Positions 30,714-32,000 of a stretch of 32,000 bases of DNA are shown piece after piece. The stretch spans positions 8,889 through 40,888 of the forward strand of contig VGRY01000036.1 in assembly GCA_016875195.1 (NCBI GenBank), written 5' to 3'. A program made the translations under genes and the position numbers. Positions within the stretch are counted from its first letter, which is position 1. Every line of letters begins with the position of its first letter. Under the pieces are notes generated by a model that saw nothing but the letters and a program-made list of their open reading frames with translations, ran no database searches and was not told the origin of the DNA. Origin of the DNA: Deltaproteobacteria bacterium. Lineage in GTDB: Bacteria; Desulfobacterota; BSN033; UBA1163.

Positions 30714-32000
30714 GTGTCGAAGATCATAGCATCTGCTGCCATTCGGGGAGCTCATAAGATTGTCGAAAGGGCTGAGAAGAAATACGAAGAGGCTCTTCAG
30801 AAATGGGGGCCCGATCAGGAGGTCGGTTTTCCCAATACGGCCTATTATCTCCCCATTATCTACGCCATCCTCGGAACTCCTATCAAGAAATTGGGAGATG
30901 TGAAACCCGTTCTTCAAAGAACGAGATCCCTTCTGCCACCTCTGGTCAAAGAGAAGGTCCACCTCCCTTACTTGGGCCCTGCCCTCGATGCGGGAATGGC
31001 AACCTTCTTCGCAGAAGAGATCATCGAGGCCATCCGCTACTTAGAGAACCCGAACTTCTACACGAAGCAGGAAGACCCTCTGCCCGACAATATCTGGCTG
31101 GGCGCAGCTGATGACGTCATCTTTCGTAAACGCGGGGTTGAATTCGTAGATGGCACAGCGCCGGGATTTGCCGCCATCGTGGGCGCTGCTCCCTCGCCTG
31201 AAATTGCAAAAAAGATCGCCACCGAGCTTCAGGAAAAAAACCTCTATATTTTTATGTGCGCCGAATACGCAGGGAAACGATTTTCTGAACAGTTGGTTGA
31301 GGGAGGAGTCCAGATCGGGTGGCCTACGAGGCTGGTCTCTTTTGGGCCTGATGTTTCGGCTGCTGTCTTTGCCATTGGTTTTGCCTGCAGGGTGGCCATG
31401 GCGTTTGGTGGAGTCAAACCCGGCGACTTTCGAAAAAACCTGATCTACAACAAGGACCGGACCTTTGCCTTTGTCATGCCTCTTGGATTCGTCACGGATG
31501 AATGGTACGCCAACGCCGCCGGCGCCATCAACTGGGGATTTCCTACGATCGCCGATACGCCCATCCCCGAGATTCTGCCCACCGGTGTCTGCACCTATGA
31601 GCATGTCGTCTCAAACGTCCCTCATGATCAAATCGTCCAGAGAGCCGCAGAGGTGAGGGGGTTAAAGGTGGCAGTCGCCGAAGTCCCGATTCCGGTCTCT
31701 TATGGCCCCGCCTTTGAAGGGGAGAGAGTCAGGGGCGAAGATATCGCAGTGGAATGCGGAGGAGGACGAACCCACGCCGTGGAATGGGTGACCTCCAAGC
31801 CTATGGATGAAGTGGAAGACGGAAGGGTGGAGCTCATCGGACCCGATCTGGATCAGGGTGGACCTTCCGGACGGCTTCCCATTGCCATCGTCGCCGAAGT
31901 TGCAGGCCGGCAGATGCAGGAAGACTTTGAACCGATTCTCGAGCGTCAGATCCACCACCTCATCAACTACGCCCAAGGAATAATGCATATCGGCCAGAGG
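30714..32000 (+). CDS. acsB: CO-methylating acetyl-CoA synthase (bacterial AcsB type), N-terminal 429 codons; 3' end outside window
   Basis: Not in the ORF track because there is no stop in the window. GTG start 6 nt after AGGGAGG. My translation VSKIIASAAIRGAHKIVERAEKKYEEALQKWGPDQEVGFPNTAYYLPIIY ... GPAFEGERVRGEDI ... FEPILERQIHHLINYAQGIMHIGQR is colinear with Moorella AcsB (GPAFEGE, FEGVLERRIHDFINYGEGLWHTGQR). Confidence 0.9.
   Translation, partial: MSKIIASAAIRGAHKIVERAEKKYEEALQKWGPDQEVGFPNTAYYLPIIYAILGTPIKKLGDVKPVLQRTRSLLPPLVKEKVHLPYLGPALDAGMATFFAEEIIEAIRYLENPNFYTKQEDPLPDNIWLGAADDVIFRKRGVEFVDGTAPGFAAIVGAAPSPEIAKKIATELQEKNLYIFMCAEYAGKRFSEQLVEGGVQIGWPTRLVSFGPDVSAAVFAIGFACRVAMAFGGVKPGDFRKNLIYNKDRTFAFVMPLGFVTDEWYANAAGAINWGFPTIADTPIPEILPTGVCTYEHVVSNVPHDQIVQRAAEVRGLKVAVAEVPIPVSYGPAFEGERVRGEDIAVECGGGRTHAVEWVTSKPMDEVEDGRVELIGPDLDQGGPSGRLPIAIVAEVAGRQMQEDFEPILERQIHHLINYAQGIMHIGQR

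Noticed and set aside
31041-31604. 187-aa minus-strand ORF, and other ORFs listed in 30708-31988
   Set aside because: They overlap the unlisted but clearly real acsB frame (GTG 30714 to the window end), which is colinear with known AcsB.

Overview
Mid-GC bacterial chromosomal segment with anaerobe-type gene content; I cannot assign the organism. Left part (1-15.3 kb): 3' part of carB, a HicA/HicB pair, an SDR epimerase, nifS-nifU, a 750-bp AT-rich spacer with a sigma-54-type promoter in front of two tiny membrane proteins, a MacB/FtsX-type ABC transporter, a 4Fe-4S protein, and a DUF4388(PATAN)/Cache-HAMP/InlB-repeat operon. Centre (about 15.3-22.4 kb): a complete integron. It has an IntI-type tyrosine recombinase (+ strand), a divergent attI junction at 20949|20950, and a leftward array of about 10 cassettes bounded by 9 recognisable attC sites. 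I delimited the cassettes by hand using the rule that each cassette's first bases (TTRRRY) must complement its own attC R'' box. Cargo: BrnT/BrnA and HicB/HicA cassettes with their own promoters, a HEPN-like plus unknown-partner two-gene cassette, a DUF4424-like secreted protein, several small membrane proteins, and a 281-bp cassette present twice in identical copies that carries a zinc-ribbon ORF antisense to the array. Right part (22.4-32 kb): AttH/CrtC-like lipocalin protein, ADP-forming acetyl-CoA synthetase, LUD-domain protein, and a Wood-Ljungdahl CODH/ACS cluster (acsD, cooS/acsA, acsB, the last running off the window). Nearly every intergenic gap holds a long imperfect palindrome built from short tandem oligomers or G/C-rich nested hairpins. 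Two of these are homologous copies in opposite orientation. The integron cassette array is the best candidate for undescribed biology. All family assignments come from motif recognition by eye; no database search was run.
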